Part shown: one piece after another, positions 15,664-16,470 of the stretch
Layout of the letters: each line of letters begins with the position of its first letter
Position numbering within the stretch: position 1 is the first letter of the stretch
Assembly: GCA_027340875.1 (NCBI GenBank)
Contig: DAIENX010000017.1
Span: 1-16,470, forward strand
Direction of reading: 5' to 3'
Source: Elusimicrobiota bacterium
GTDB taxonomy: Bacteria; Elusimicrobiota; Elusimicrobia; Elusimicrobiales; UBA9959
DNA: 16,470 nt
Translations under genes and position numbers: made by a program
The notes under the pieces: model-generated
Told to the model about the DNA's origin: nothing
The model's database searches: none
Seen by the model: the letters and a program-made list of their open reading frames with translations, nothing else

Positions 15664-16470
15664 GTGACCGGCGCCTGGCATCCCGGCAGGCTGAAAGTGC
15701 TCGCTGTCGAGGACAACCCCGCCATCCTGGACTTCTACAGGGAATTCTTCGGGGACATGGGCTTCGAGGTGAAGACCGCGGAGGACGCTTTCTCGGCCAT
15801 AACCCTCCATCAGCAGTTCAAGCCCGACCTGGTGGTCCTCGACCTGAACATACCCGCCGGCGGCGGCATGCTGGTCTTCGACACCCTGCGTTCGCGTCTG
15901 CACGATCCCACCCCGGTGATCTTCTCCACCGGCCAGCCGGAGCAGCTGCCGAACCTCAAGAACATACACAACGTGGCCGTCATCAAGAAGCCGACGCCTC
16001 CGGAAGCGCTGCTCGCGGAGATAAAGCGCCTGCTCCCGGAATTCTTCAAGCCTCACGACGCACCGCAGCCTCCTCCTCCGCCGCCGCCACCGCCTCCGCC
16101 GAAGGCGCTGAAGCGCAAGGTGCTGGCCGTGGACGACGATCCGACGATACTGGAGCTTTACACGGAGATACTCTCGAAGGCCGGCTTCGAGGTGCAGACC
16201 GCGGAAGACACCGTGAGCGCGGTCACGAAGTTCCAGGAGTCAAAGCCGGATATCATCCTGCTGGACGTGGAGATGCCCGCCGGCGGAGGGAGGAAGGTGT
16301 TCGAGCGGCTGCGCCTGCAGCTGGCCGACCCGACGCCGGTGCTGTTCGCCACGGCCGTCCCCGCGTCGGTCTCCGACCTGGAAAAGAACCTCAACGTGCT
16401 GGTCATCAAAAAGCCGGTCACGCCCGGCGTGCTGGTCGGCGCCGTAAAGGACCTTCTTAAAATATCCTGA
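15664..16470 (+). CDS. Tandem dual-receiver (REC-REC) response regulator with polyproline linker
   Basis: GTG 15664 after GGAGG; two REC domains (VLAVED..VVLDLNIP..KKP; VLAVDD..ILLDVEMP..KKP) joined by 11 consecutive Pro; stop at 16468-16470. Confidence 0.92.
   Translation: MTGAWHPGRLKVLAVEDNPAILDFYREFFGDMGFEVKTAEDAFSAITLHQQFKPDLVVLDLNIPAGGGMLVFDTLRSRLHDPTPVIFSTGQPEQLPNLKNIHNVAVIKKPTPPEALLAEIKRLLPEFFKPHDAPQPPPPPPPPPPPKALKRKVLAVDDDPTILELYTEILSKAGFEVQTAEDTVSAVTKFQESKPDIILLDVEMPAGGGRKVFERLRLQLADPTPVLFATAVPASVSDLEKNLNVLVIKKPVTPGVLVGAVKDLLKIS

Noticed and set aside
15544..16056. N-terminal extension of ORF 14923..16056, and start 15574 for the REC-REC gene
   Set aside because: The extension is antisense to the REC-REC gene; RBS and signal peptide support starts at 15543 (-) and 15664 (+).

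Overview
GC-rich diderm bacterial chromosome segment, possibly Elusimicrobiota-like (inferred only from general gene style, untested). It is mostly housekeeping and signalling genes. From left to right: the 5' end of a divergent tuf preceded by tRNA-Gly(TCC) and tRNA-Thr(GGT) on the minus strand; an HTH-WYL regulator/exported transglutaminase-like protein/DUF350 operon; two small hypothetical ORFs; a 3xPAS histidine kinase; mltA; an RlmB-like SPOUT methyltransferase; a membrane protein; a His-tailed DMT transporter; gdhA; a single-receiver and a dual-receiver response regulator with polyproline tracts; and a four-gene envelope cluster ending in an uncalled 53-aa four-Cys (HiPIP-like) protein. 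No transposase, integrase or CRISPR array is visible. The most unusual signal is non-coding. (1) A 46-bp two-hairpin module occurs three times with compensatory base changes, and two copies sit inside a 24-bp hairpin whose 'empty' version lies right next to it. (2) Several intergenic folds share tandem G.A mismatches and purine triloops. (3) Both tRNAs are followed by antisense copies of their own 3' ends. (4) A near-consensus sigma70 promoter drives an ORF-less two-hairpin transcript, a candidate sRNA.
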